Shown in pieces: positions 38,596 through 51,676 of a DNA stretch of 64,000 bases; the stretch's first letter is position 1, and each line of letters opens with the position of its first letter. The notes below the pieces were generated by a model that had not been told where the DNA came from, searched no databases, and saw nothing but the letters and a program-made list of their open reading frames with translations. The position numbers and the translations under genes were made by a program. The DNA comes from Mobula hypostoma (taxonomy: Eukaryota), in contig NC_086108.1 in assembly GCF_963921235.1 (NCBI RefSeq), positions 99,636,001 to 99,700,000 of the forward strand. The letters run 5' to 3'.

Positions 38596-40270
38596 ATCAG
38601 AATCAGTTTTAACATCACTGGCATATATCATGCAATGTGTTGTTGTGCAGCAGCAGTAAATTGCACTACATATTGATAAAAACAGTAAGTTACAGTAAGT
38701 GTGTACATACATATATAAAAGAAGTGTAAAAAGAGGTAAAAAAAAAAGTAGTGCGATAGTGTTCATGTCATAAGGTGGTGGTTGGGAACGGACCCAAGTG
38801 CAAGACACAGACACTGAAGTACTAGGGACAGGACTAGGATACAGGGTGATGGCAAGGACTTGGACAGAAAAACCGGGAACCAGGAACAGGACTGGACAAG
38901 AGAGCTAGGAGCTCGGGCTTGGACTCCAAGCCAGAGACTGGACAAGGACCCAGTACCTGGGTCTTGCCTCTGGCTCAGACCCCAGAACTAGGCAAGGACG
39001 AGTCTTGGCTGGCAGACAGGACGAGGTTGGAGTCTTAAAGACTTGAGGCGAGGCTAGGCAGGAGGCTGGAGTCTTCAGGCTAGAGGCTAGAGGCTAGGCA
39101 GGCTCCACCCGGGCAGGGCGCGGTACACCTGGGCAGGGCGCGGTACACCACCCGACAGAGACAAGGGACAGGAAGGGACAGAACCAACCACAGGTAATGG
39201 CAAGACGGCCTGGCCTACCTGGGCGGAGGCAAGGGACAGGAAGGGAGCTAGGTACAGGGTGGCTCCAGGTCAAGACTACAGGCAAGACAAGGCGAGAGTT
39301 ACCAGCAAGACAAGGCAAGGCTTCAGGCAATGCAAGGCGGATGAGAACTTCAGGTGAGGCGAGATTTACCGGCAAGACAAGGCAGGGCTTCAGGCGAGGA
39401 AACAGAAGGCAGAACAAGGGATACAAGGAGTAAGGACAAGAACAATCCAGCAACCATGCCCTGGTCTCTGGAGGTATTTATGCAGCCAGCCTCAATGAGC
39501 ATCGGCTGCGTCAATTAGAGCTAAAGAAGAACTGAAACAGGGTAAACAGGAAAATCTGGAGCAAAGGTTGATGGACCGGACCGTGAACCGGAATACGGAC
39601 TTCACGGACTGGACCATGACAGTTCATGGTTTCAATGCCCATTCAGAAATCTGATGGCTGATGGGAAGAAGATGTTTCTGAATCATTGAGTGTGTGTCTT
39701 CAGGCTCCTGTACTCCTTCCCTGATGATATCAATGAGAAGAGCGTAAGTCCTGGGTGATGGGGGTCCTTAATAATGGATGGTCTTTTTAAGGCATCACTT
39801 CTTTAAGATATACTGTATGCTCTGGAGACTAATGCCCATGATGGAGCTAACTGAGGTTACAACTTTCTGCAGCTTATTTCAATCCTGTGCAATGATTCCC
39901 TCTCTCCATACCAGACAGTGATGCAGCTGGTTAGAATGCTCTCCACAGTATATCTGTAAAAATTTGAAAGTGTCTTTGGTGACATACCAAATCTCCTCAA
40001 ACTTCTAATGAAGTCTAGCTCCTGTCTTGTCTTCTTTGTAATTGCATCAATATGTTGGGCCCAGGATAGAACCTCAGTGATACTGACACCCAGGAACTTG
40101 AAATTCCTCACCCTATCCACTTCTGAATACTATATGAGGACTGGCGTGTGTCATCTCGTCTTATCCTTTTTGAAGTCTGCAATCAATTCTTTGGTCTTAG
40201 TGATGTTGAGTGCAAGGTTGTAGCTGTGACACCACTCAACTAGCTGATATATCTCATGCCTGTATGCCTT
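38596..40270 (-). mobile_element. Rex1/Babar LINE, 5'-truncated, interrupted by a solo LTR
   Basis: ORFs 40151-40342 (YRHEIYQLVEWC..NLALNITKTKELIADF) and 39857-40120. Confidence 0.85.
38766..39621. mobile_element. Solo LTR, 856 bp (probably Gypsy/Ty3-type)
   Basis: TGTCAT...ATGACA termini; exact 5-bp TSD GTTCA (38761-38765, 39622-39626); internal short tandem repeats; no internal coding region. Confidence 0.85.
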
Positions 40271-41269
40271 CTTCAGAAATTTAGCAGATTGATTCTTGGG
40301 TAGAGTGGAGTGGGTTGTCCTATAAGGAAAGATTGACCACATAGGACTATATTCTCTGGAGTTGAGAAGGATGAGATGTACTTTTATTAAAACATATAAA
40401 CTTCCATGTGGGCTTCACTGTGTAGATGGTGGAAGGCCTTCTCCTTGTGGAGGGATCCAGAACCAGAATAAGACATTGCCCCTTTAAAACTGAGTTGAAC
40501 AGGAATTTCTTTTCTGAAGGAGCTATGGATGCTGAGTGATTGAGAATATCAAAGTCTGTGACAGCTATTTACATTGTGGGGAAAATAGAGGTTGACGTGG
40601 TCTTGGCAGAAAAGTAGAGTTGAGGCCAAGATCTCATCTGGCATTTCTAGAGAAAAGGCTCAGGGGGCCATGTGGATGACTCCTCTTCATGTTTCTTACT
40701 TTCCTAAGCTGTTTTGCTCGATACACTAATTAAATTGAGGTAGGAAGAGATTCGGCTTGAATTTCAAACTGCCAAAATCTTTTTATTTGTCTCCTTTCCA
40801 TCCTTCTCTCTTAATCCAAATGTCATTTCCCCTTTCTGTTCATTGTAAGGGACCTGGATTACGTGGTATTTACTATTTATTATTTAGAGATATGTTTTAG
40901 TACCAGGCCCTTCCAGCCCAAAGAACCACACTACCCAATTATACCCATGTGACCAATTAATGTAATAACTCACATGTCTTTTGAATATGAGTAGAATCTC
41001 ATTTAGTCATGGGGATAGAGTACAAACTTCTTACAGACTGTGCTGGAATTGAACCTGGGTCATTGATGGTGTAACAATGTTATGCTAACTGCTACACTAC
41101 CATGCTGTCCCAAATGAACACCTTCAAAACATCCAGCGTTTATTGCCCATTGCTAATTGCTGTCAATGCCACCATTTTGGATTGCAGAACTATGAGTATT
41201 GAAGGATAATTGAATTGTATTTTTAAAACATTGCAATTCCTGGATTTTAACCCAGTGATAATGCATATA

Positions 41270-41645
41270 GGGTGTTGGGGTACGTCTCTACCAAAGGAGG
41301 TGTATGGCACTGCTTCCCTCTGCTAGCCCGCAGGTCACCTTTGTGCAAGGGGTAGTACCTGCTTCGCCCCTGGGTCAGGGTCACGTGAAGCCATGGGAGC
41401 AGGTGGTGGATGGTCGTATGAGTAGCTGGTGCATATCACAGTCCTGGTTATGTGACCGCTGATGCCAGGCAGACAATCTCTGAGGAGTATTGATAATGAC
41501 TTGAATCACCTGTCTTGAAACGACTCTGCCCAGAAGAAGGCAATGGCAAAACACTTTTGCAGAACATCTTGCCAAGAACAATCATGTCATGGAAAGACCA
41601 AGATCACCTACATCATAGGTCATGGTACATAACAAAATGAACAAT
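41270..41645 (+). mobile_element. SINE-like element with RTE-type tail
   Basis: GAAGAAGGCAATGGCAAAACAC..TTGCCAAGAAC; body similar to the other three copies. Confidence 0.7.
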
Positions 41646-42929
41646 AATGAAAAATCTGTAATATACTTCCAAAGCATGAGATCCCGCGAATGCAGGGAAT
41701 CTTGAGCCATACACAGAAAATAGTGGACAAACTCAGCAAATCAGGCAGCATCTACAGAGGGACCCGAGTCCCAAGTCCTGGTGAAGGGTGTCAGGCCAAA
41801 ATGCCGAGTGTCATTGCCCTCCGTACATGCTGTCTGACCTGCTGAGTTTCTCTAGAATTCTGTGTGTATGTTACTCAATGTATTTCCAACTCAAGATAGG
41901 GTGTGAATTGTGAAGCAATTTTCAGAGGGTGACATTTCCATACACCTGTATCCAAGTAAAGGCCACCAACTTGGTCAGGACTATCAAAAGAAGCCTTGAG
42001 AGGTACATTATGTAGAGAGTATGTGGTGAAGTGGAAGTATTGGATGTTAATGCATTTAATGTCTCTTTTCAAGGTCTATTCAGCCAAAATCACCATTAAT
42101 TTAATTTTGGTAAATATCAACAGGCTGTTGATGTTTTCAGATGAATTAAGGCCTTTTATTTCTTTATTTTAGAGATACAGAACAGTAAGAGGCTTGCCTA
42201 TTCCAATGAGCCCGCGCCACCCACTTTCATCCATGTGACCAATTAACCTATTAACATATACGACTTTGGAATGTGGAAGGAAACTGGAGAACAAGGAGGA
42301 AACACACTCGGTCACAGGGAAAATGTACAAACAATCACGGGGAGAATGCTACCGTGCCACCTCAAGTACTGGAAGTACAGATTTTAGATTTGGACAAAAA
42401 AACAGCAGTCAGGAACAGAACGGCAATGATCTAGAACTCAGTGGAAGATTGGACCAGGAACAGTTTTCAAAATGGAATCTCCAGATGAGTAAATTGCAGG
42501 GCTACAGTGAAGGCGTGGAAAAAATGGGAGTGATGTGATTGCTCTGGCTGAGACTGACGGAGACTTGATGGACTGAATGGTCTCACTTTGTCCCGTAACA
42601 ATTCTATGATTTCAAGATTCTTTTTGTGCTCAGCACTGTGACTTTCTGAAATCCAGTGTTGAAGCCGTAGGGTAATATAACACAGAAACAAACCCTTCAG
42701 CCCGACTTGCCCATGCCACCCAAGATGCCCACACAATCTTGCCCCACTTGGCCATGTTTAGCCTTTACCTCTCCACCATATACTGTATATGTCCAAATGT
42801 CTTTATTATACCTGCATCAGATACCCTTTCCACCAACTTGTTCCATGTATGTTCCACCCCTTTCATCAAGAAGTTGCCCCTCCGATCCCTTTTAAATCTT
42901 TCCCTCTATACCTTAAACATATCCTGATT

Positions 42930-43458
42930 ATACTTTATACTTCATTGTCACCAAACAATTGATACTAGAACGTACAATCATCACAGCGATATTTGATTCT
43001 GCGCTTCCCTCTCCCTGGATTACAAATCGATAGTAAGTATTAAAAATTTAAATTATAAATCATAAATAGAAAAAATGAAAAGTAAGGTAGTGCAAAAAAA
43101 ACCGAGAGGCAGGTCCGGATATTTGGAGGGTACAGCCCAGATCCGGGTCAGGATCCATTCAGAAGTCTTATCACAGTTGGAAAGAAGCTGTTCCCAATCT
43201 GGCTGTACGAGTCTTCAAGCTCCTGAGTCTTCTCCCGGAGGGAAGAGGGATGAAAAATGTGTTGACTGGGTGGGTCGTGTCCTTGATTATCCTGACAGCA
43301 CTGCTGCGACAGCGTGCGGTGTAAAGTGAGTCCAAGGATGGAAGATTGGTTTGTGTGATGTGCTGGGCTGTGTTCACGATCTTCTGCAGCTTCTTCCGGT
43401 CTTGGACAGGACAACTTCCATACCAGGTTGTGATGCACCCTAGAGGAATGCTTTCTAC
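42930..43458 (-). mobile_element. Rex1/Babar-type LINE 3' end, distinct subfamily
   Basis: LPSLDSLYTARCRSSAVRIIKDTTHP..FFIPLPSGRRLRSLKTRTARL..SFFPTVIRLLN. Confidence 0.8.
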
Positions 43459-43744
43459 TAGTTTTAGATTAGTTTTTGATTTTTTATCTAGGGGAAAAGA
43501 CTACATGCATTGGACATTATCTATTCTCCTCATGATTTTTAACACCTCTGTAAAGCATCCTTCAGCCTCCGGTATTCGCAGGAATTAAATCATAGCCTGC
43601 CCATCCTCTCCTTGTAACTCAGGGCCCTGAGTCCAGGCAAAAGTTCAATAAATCTTTTCACTCTTTCCAGCTTAATGACATCTTCCCTATAATATTGGAC
43701 CAAATCTTTGCACCATACGCTAAATGCAATCTCGTCAATGTCCT

Positions 43745-45300
43745 GTTTATCTCGATTTTCCCACCTACAGACCCCAGTCAGTTCTGATTGGCAACAACAT
43801 CTCCACAATCTCCACCAGCACGGGTGCACCACAAGGTCATGTGCTTAGCCCCTGCTCTACTTGCTTTGCACCTATGAACGTGTGGCTAAACACAGCTCCA
43901 ATGCTGTATTTCAGTTTGCTGATGATACCACTGTCATGGGCCAAACCAAAGGTGGTGATGAATCAGCCTATAGGAGAGAGACTGAAACAGCAGCATACCA
44001 CTCAATGTATGCAAGCCTAAGATTATTGACTTCAGGAGGAGGAAATCAGAGGTCCATGAGCCAGTCCTCAGCCCCTGGATCAGAGGTGGAGAGGGTCAGT
44101 AACTTTAAGATCATCAGTATTATCATTTCGGAGGATCTGTCCTGGGTCCAGTAGGTAAGTGCAGATATAAAGAAAGCGAGGCAGTGCATTTACTTCCTTA
44201 GAAGTTTGCAAAGGTTCAGCATGACATCCATAACTTTGATAAACTTCCATAGATGTGTAGTGGAGAATATATTGACTGGTTGCATCACAGCCTGGTATGG
44301 AAACACCAATGTCCTTGAATGGAAAAATGCTACAAAAAGCAGTGGATATGGCCCAGTTCATTGAGAGCAGAGCCCTCTCCACCATTGAGCACAGCTACAC
44401 AGAGCACTGTTGCAGGAAAGCTGCATCCATCATCAGAGCCCCCACCACCCACGTCATGCTCTCTTCTCACTGCTGCCATCAGGAAGAAAGTACAAGAGCC
44501 TCAGGTCCCACACTACCAGGTTCAGGAACAGTCATTGCCCCTTAACCATCAGGCTCCTGAACCAAAGGCGATAACTTCACTTGCCCAATCACTGAACTGT
44601 TCCCGCAACCAACTGACTCACTTTCAAAGACTCTTCATCTCATGTTTTCAAATTTGATTGCTTATTTATTTACTTATATTTCTTATTTCTTTTGCATTTT
44701 TGCAGTTTGTTGTCTTTTCTAAATCGATTGTTTACCTGCCCTGTTGGATGCGGTCTTTCATTGATTCTATTATGGTTCTTGGATTTAATGAGATCTCAGA
44801 GTTGCATTGTAAATGGTGACATACACGGTATGCATGCGACAGCCGCCACACCCCGGGCAACGGCTTCGACAAGCCGGCTAAACCAGGTGAGGGTAGCCGA
44901 CGGGTCTCAAACCCTCGGTGAGATAGGGAGTTGTCTATCCCAGCATGTGAAGACAGATTCTGGCGGATTGAGCGGACGAGACCAATGGAAGGTCCAACGG
45001 TCAAGAAGGCGGTCTCTGCAAGCGTCGTGGAACGTGTAGAGCAGGACAAGACACAGAAGACGTCCTGGTCATCCACTGCGCCTAGTCCCATCTCCAGCCG
45101 TCTAGACTCTGTCTTGCCACTGGACCCAGATGGGAATTGGGAAGAGAGAGTGAGGCTGACGCTGCACAGCTCTCCCTCACTTAAATCCAAATCACGCGCT
45201 AGTCTCAACACCATCATAATGGTGTCGAGGTCCTCATCGATGTCAACGATGGACGAACAACAACAACAACATGTTGATAATAAATTTACTGTGAACTTTG
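43745..45300 (+). mobile_element. Rex1/Babar LINE, decayed, with an insertion in its 3' UTR
   Basis: STGAPQGHVLSP, QFADDTTVMG, ISEDLSW; the GATAATAAATTTACT.TGAACTTTG tail resumes near 45275. Confidence 0.85.
44830..45271 (+). mobile_element. CpG-rich non-autonomous RTE-type retroposon, 5'-truncated, (AAC)n tail
   Basis: Interrupts a Rex1 3' UTR; ends GGACGAACAACAACAACAAC; a related older copy lies inverted at about 45405-45860. Confidence 0.65.
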
Positions 45301-45404
45301 AAAATAACATTCCAGCTCTTATACTCAATGTCCTGACTGCTAAAGATCAGAATGCCGAACACCGTCCTCACATCAATATAATAGTGGTTATCTGTCATGC
45401 TCGA

Positions 45405-45860
45405 CAATGACAGGAGACCTGTGAGGAAAGCTTTTAAAATGGAAAAGCCATTGCACTGGGACAGCTCCAATCTCTCGACCTCAGAAGTCTGGGACTAGTG
45501 ATAAGAACGAGCATCACAAACTGGGGTCTTCCATGTGGATGACCATGACATCTTCTGTGCCTTGTCATGTCCTTCACTCTCCACGTAGCACTGCAGAACC
45601 ACCTGCCTCGCCATTGGCTCTCACTGTAGATATTATCCACCCAGTCTGTCAGAGATGACTTTGCATGTCCCTATCTCACCAGGGTTTAGCCTGCCTGACG
45701 AATTGGTGTACCAGGGTGTGGCCGCTGTTGCATGCAACCAGCTACTTGGAGCCACAGGTGAGAGCTGAGTTTCCAGTGGAGACCAAAGATGAGTGAGCTG
45801 CCCCAGCGTGGACATGACAAGCCCCTTCTCCAGTGATGCTACCCCTCCCTAGACACCCAT
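45405..45860 (-). mobile_element. Older relative of the 44830-45271 element
   Basis: Shares GCATGC.ACAGC.GCCACACCC, GGCTAAACC..GGTGAGATAGGG and CACAGAAGA.GTC.TGGTCATCCAC blocks. Confidence 0.6.
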
Positions 45861-46063
45861 ACACCTCAAACAACCACTGATAACCTCTGTAAGTTCTCAT
45901 GGTGATTGGTCTGAGAACATAAAACTGAATGAAATACAAAAACAAAAGCTCTTGTGGGCTAGCACCGGGACAGTGTGACATCGAAATTATTTTTAATAAA
46001 TTTGCTTGAATTTTTCATGAATAAAACAAGAGACACAATAACAGTGATCTTGTAGATGTAGTA

Positions 46064-46217
46064 CAGGTCGACCTTCACTAATCCGGCACCACTGGGACCT
46101 GAGGAGTGCCAGATTAGTGAAAATGCCGAATTACAGAAGGATCACATTAAGCATAATCAGTGCCGGATTGTCGAAGGAACTGGATTACAGGTAGTCGGAT
46201 TAGTGAAGGTCGACCTG
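46064..46217. mobile_element. 154-bp Tc1/mariner (pogo/Tigger-like) MITE
   Basis: Perfect 22-bp TIRs CAGGTCGACCTTCACTAATCCG, TA target duplication; inserted in a CR1 RT remnant (VDVV|..LD..AFDK). Confidence 0.92.
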
Positions 46218-48902
46218 TATATGCATTTGGATACACAGAGGGCATTTGATAAGCTACCAAATAAAAAGCTGGTGAATATAGAGCACATGGTGTTGGAGGA
46301 AGTATACTAACCTGGATTAAATGCTGCTCCTCATTGCTCTGGCTGCATTATTACCCACTATAACACACAAAAACAGGGGAAGTGTGTACATAGAATATAG
46401 AACATTATCGGACAGTACCAGCCCTTGTACTAAACTTGTAACATACTCTAAGATTAATCTAATTCTTCCCTCCGACATAGCCCTCTAATTTTTGATCATC
46501 TTTGTTTCAACGTATCTGCCCGTTTCACACACCCAACACTTTCTGTTTAAAATAGCTTACCTCTGATATCCAACCCTATACTCTCCTCCAATCACCTTAA
46601 AATTACCTGTTTTCATATTAGTAATTCCTGCATTGGGAGAAAAGCTTTGGATACCTACTTGAACTATGCCTCTTACCATCTTTTACACCACTGTAAAGTC
46701 ACCTTTGCTCCAAAGAGAAAAGCCTTCACATACTCAATCTATCCTAAGAAGACATGTTCTCCAATCCAGGCAACATCATAGCAAAAGGGAAATGTTTAAC
46801 AAAAATTCCACATCATAAGATAGCCAATTGCATGTGCATAGTACCCATTACTTCCTCATTTCCATTTAATTCCTTCCAAGCCTCTAATGCTGCATTTAAT
46901 GCATATGGCCTGGTATGGTGGTAGAAGCAAATATATTAGAGGCTTTTAAGAGATGTTTGGATAGGCACATGGATGTAAGGAAGATGGAGGAATATGGACA
47001 TGGTGTAGGTAGGAAGGATTAACATTTCTGTGTTTGCTTTCTCTGTGATTTGCTTTTTTAGCTGCTTCAGCACAACATTGTGGGTTGAATATCCTGTTCT
47101 GTACTCTTCTATTTCCTATGGCATTATATTGGTACAGTTTTATTTCACATGGCATACCTCTTTTGTTTTCAACAGTGAAGTAGAATTAGGCCGTTCGACC
47201 CAACAAGTCTTCTCTGCCATTCCATCACGGCCGATTTGATTTATTATTCCTCTCAACCCCATTCTCCTGCCTTCTCCCCATAACTTTTGACATGCTGTCT
47301 AATCAAAAACCTACCAACCTCTGCTGTAAATACACAAATAACTTGGCCTCCACAGCCACCTGTGGCAATGGATTCCACAGATTCACCACTCTCTGACTGA
47401 AGAAATTCCTCCTTATCTCTGTTCTACAGGGACACTTGTACTCTAAGACTGTGCTCTTTGGTGCTAGACTACCCCACTATGGGAAACATCTTCTCTACAT
47501 TCACTCTACCTAGGACTATCAATATTTGATAGGTTTTGATGATCTTCCCCCTTATTCTTCAAATCTCCAGTGAGTATGGGACCTGAACCATCAAATGCTC
47601 TTCTCTACATTGCACTATCTGTCTTTTTCTGATCACTACATTTCCATTCTTCTTGGCCTGACTTGCTTGCTCTTTTTTTTCCAAGAGAAGGCAACCAATT
47701 GCCCTGAAACAATCCATTTTACAGGTTCCTACAGATTGGCCTGATTTCTACTCTGCTAACAACCACCCCCATGGTGCAGAGTTTCCAGCCTTTTAAATGG
47801 GAAAATTGGATTCCACAGTCCTGTGGTTAGCCCTAAATAGGCCAGCGGACAATCAATCAGCCCCCCTATTGGTTGTTATCAACAGGTAACTAAAGGGCCA
47901 CAGCTTAATGATCCACACAAGCACATATTTTATCTCTTGCCTGCTCCAAACAATCATCCTTAACTGTGTTATGTGAAAGCAAAGACGATGGAAACCAATT
48001 TTCATTTCTAGTTTAACTCCATTAAGGATGAATTGTAGGCAGGAAGCAACAGACAGGGGTTAATATGGATGTCCAAAGTAATTAACATCGAACAGATAAA
48101 AGCATAAAATATACAAAATGAAAAATGTCCACAAGCACAGCGTGATTAGGGAAAGCATTCAGTATGATTAGCATTCACTCTAAGCAACAAGCTAACTCAT
48201 TTGAAGGGTGGGCGGGAGACAAAGATTTCAGTCTTGCCGATGGAGGCATTTGCAGTTCTGGCTTACAAAGAAACTCTCAGTACCAATGTAATGGAGAGGA
48301 CAAGAGCATAGCAGAGAGGTGTGGTCATAAGACCATAAGCCATGGGATCAGAATTAGGCCATTTGCTCCATTGAGTCTAGTCTGCTATTCCATTATAGCT
48401 GATTTATTATCCCTCTCAACCCCATTCTCCTGTCTTCTTTCTGTAATCTTTGATACTAAATAAACAAGAACCTATCAGCTTCCACTACCGTCAAATCGAA
48501 TCAGTGAGGAATGTGCTGGGCAGCCCACAAATGTTGCAATGTTTCCATCGCCAACATCGCATGCCCACAACTCACTGACCCATTTGGAATGTGGGAGAAA
48601 ACTGGAGCATTTGGAGGAATCCCACATGAGAGAACGTGCAAACTCATAAGAAGGTCACAACCTCATGGAAAGAGATCCATCATTTAAGATTGAAATGAGA
48701 ATTCTCTTCTCCAGCGCAGTAGGTGTTGGAGCACGATTACATGCAACTCAGGCCTGAAGGATCATTTATACAAATCAATTGAGATGACTGGGGCTGGCAT
48801 GAGCACATGGATCAGCAGTGACCTCAGTGCGTACGGAAAACATGAGGATCTGGGTGGCCAATCTCTGGTCCCATTTCTTAAGTTCTTATCAGAATGAATC
48901 AT

Positions 48903-49314
48903 TGTCACAACCAGATAATCAGCAGCACATCAGATTCGGCAATTGCGCTTGTGAATATGCACATGTCAGCTAATTATTACTTCATTGTGATAGTATTTAA
49001 CTCCATTCATTCTTTCATAGTACTTGTCGAGACTTGGACATGGATATAACCACGCTTTTTTATCTCCATTCCGCCTTGCCTGGGAAATTGGACTGTCGAG
49101 TTAACTGACTGTGAAGACTGGTGGTATTCGTTTTATTCTTAGTTATTTACTGCAGGCTTTGTTTTTCATTTGAGTGTTTCGGTTAACGGCCCTGTTTGGC
49201 TCAGTGTTTATTGTTTACTTTCCCCATAACACTGTTCGTATTAAAGTCTGTGAAATATCGACCTCCTTCAGTGTCTCTCACTCCGTACTTGGGCCATGTC
49301 TGCACCTGGTGACA
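48903..49314 (+). mobile_element. Solo LTR, 412 bp
   Basis: TGTCAC...GTGACA termini; flanks ATCAT / GTCAT (4 of 5 match); ATTAAA near 49240. Confidence 0.7.
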
Positions 49315-49885
49315 GTCATGAGTAACACTATAATAACCATGGAAACATTCCTCCTCCATTAAAGACTCGAATGAGCTGCTGATATCCTTGATATTGTATG
49401 ACATCTCCAGACAGTTGGAAAGGAAAGGGGATCCCATCATTGGCTAGTTCAGGGCTTGCTATCAAAGGTTGATTAAAATGCTGAGAGTAGAAGTTCCAGG
49501 GCCTGATATCTGGAGGCAGGAGGCCTGGAGGCTAATCTGGGATGGGAGGACTCTCTGTGTATGTAGGTGGGTGGTTGGAAGGGAGGAACGGGACTTGTTT
49601 TGCTGTTGTTTTCTTGCTTGTTGTGTTCTGAATTTGTTTTGCCAAGTGTTGTGGGCATACAATGTCGGCACTGGAATGAGTGGCAACACTTGCAGGCTGC
49701 CCCAGCACATTCTTAGGTTGCGTTGGCTGTTAACGCAAACAAGGCATTTCGCTGTATGTTTCTGTGTACATGTGGCAAATAAATGAATCTGAATCTGAAG
49801 CAGAGACAAGTGGGTTTCAACATTCCAAAACCAGATGTATCTTTGTAAGAAAGGTTAATGGTTACTGGATCAATTCCTCCCCAAA

Positions 49886-50837
49886 ATGGCTTTGTGGCTA
49901 AGTTTGCTGATGATACAAAGATAGGTGGAGGGGCCGGTAGTGCTGAGGAAATGGAGAGTCTGCAGAGAGACTTGGATAGATTGGAAGAATGGGCAAAGAA
50001 GTGGCAAATGAAATACAATGTTGGAAAGTGTATGGTTATGCACTTTGGCAGAAGAAATAAACGGGCAGACTATTATTTAAATGGAGAAAGAATTCAAAGT
50101 TCTGAGATGCAACGGGACTTGGGAGTCCTCGTACAGGATACCCTTAAGGTTAACCTTCAGGTTGAGTCGGTGGTGAAGAAGGCGAGTGCAATGTTGGCAT
50201 TCATTTCCAGAAGAATAGAGTATAGGAGCAGGGATGTGATGTTGAGACTCTATAAGGCGCTGGTGAGACCTCACTTGGAGTACTGTGGGCAGTTTTGGTC
50301 TCCTTATTTAAGAAGGGATATGCTGACGTTGGAGAGGGTACAGAGAAGATTTACTAGAATGATTCCGGGAATGAGGGGTTTAACATATGAGGAACGTTTG
50401 TCTGCTCTTGGACTGTAATCCTTGGAGTTTAGAAGAATGAGGGGAGACCTCATAGAAACATTTTGAATGTTGAAAGGCATGGACAGAGTGGATGTGGCAA
50501 AGTTGTTTCACATGATGGGGGAGTCTAGTACGAGAGGGCATGACTTAAGGATTGAAGGGCGCGCATTCAGAACAGAAATGCAAAGAGTTTTTTTTGTCAG
50601 AGGGTGGTGAATCTATGGAATTTGTTGCCACGGGCAGCAGTGGAGGCCAAGTCATTGGGTGTATTTAAGGGAGAGATTGATATGTACCTGAGTAGCCAGG
50701 GCGTCAAAGGTTATGGTGAGAAGGTGGGGGAGTGGGACTAAATGGGAGAATGGATCAGCTCATGATAAAATGGCAGAGCAGACTCGATGGGCCAAACGGC
50801 CGACTTCTGCTCCTTTGTCTTATGGTCTTATGGTCTT
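49886..50837 (+). mobile_element. CR1 LINE, 5'-truncated, young
   Basis: ORF 49858-50418 from KFADDTKIGG to LSALGL; CTTATGGT repeat tail. Confidence 0.92.
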
Positions 50838-51676
50838 AAAATCCATATTCACTTTCTAATACCGATGGAAAAAGCAGCTCCATTTGCCCATCTCCCACCA
50901 ACGTGCACACTCACTGCCCTCTGAAGGTGACAGAACAGAAAATAATACCACTTCTACTCCATTAACTCCAGAAATGAGTTAATCCAGACCCAGACCAATG
51001 CCAAAAGCTAATCTTTGCTTTTAATCTTCAATTTGACTGGGAGATAGACCTTGAAAGTAAATCTGATAAACCAGAAATGGATGGGAATGAAAGTACTTAA
51101 TGGACAAGATATCAGTGGTGAGGGGGAGTGAGACAAGCTTTCCCTTTTTATTACATCTGTGAAAGCTGACATTTGGAAATAATTAAATGAATCAATCTAC
51201 TGATGAACACATGTGACTTTAAATTGGTCTCATCAGATTTGTCCTGTAATATTTAGCAAGATGGTAACATCATGCTGGACTACGAAACTTAATTTGAATG
51301 CACTTGGCAACTTGCGACAGAAGTACTTGGGGAATGGTTACAGAGTTACTTAGAGAGGCTCCGAGTAATATTAACTCAACAAGATGCCTCACACTTGGGT
51401 CGTCACGGTAACTGAGTGGTTACCATAACCATCAGCACAAGTACACCACAAGACTGTGTGCGTAGCCCCCTGCTCTACTCACATTATACTTATGACTTTG
51501 AGGGTAAGCACAGGTCCAAAGCCATGTTTAAGTTTGCTGATGATACCACTGTTGTTGGCCAAAGCAAAGGTGGCGATGAAGCAGCATATAGGAGGGAGAT
51601 TGAAAATCTGGCTGAGTGGTACCACTACAACAACCTCTTACTCAATGTCAGCAAGACAAAGGAGCTGATTATTGAC

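Noticed and set aside
39094..39453. Arg/Gly-rich and Leu/Pro-rich ORFs
   Set aside because: Low-complexity tandem repeats inside the solo LTR
44732..45410. Overlapping 198-aa and 159-aa ORFs
   Set aside because: They cross repeat boundaries, are Ser/Leu-rich with no domain motif, and are expected by chance in GC-richer repeat sequence
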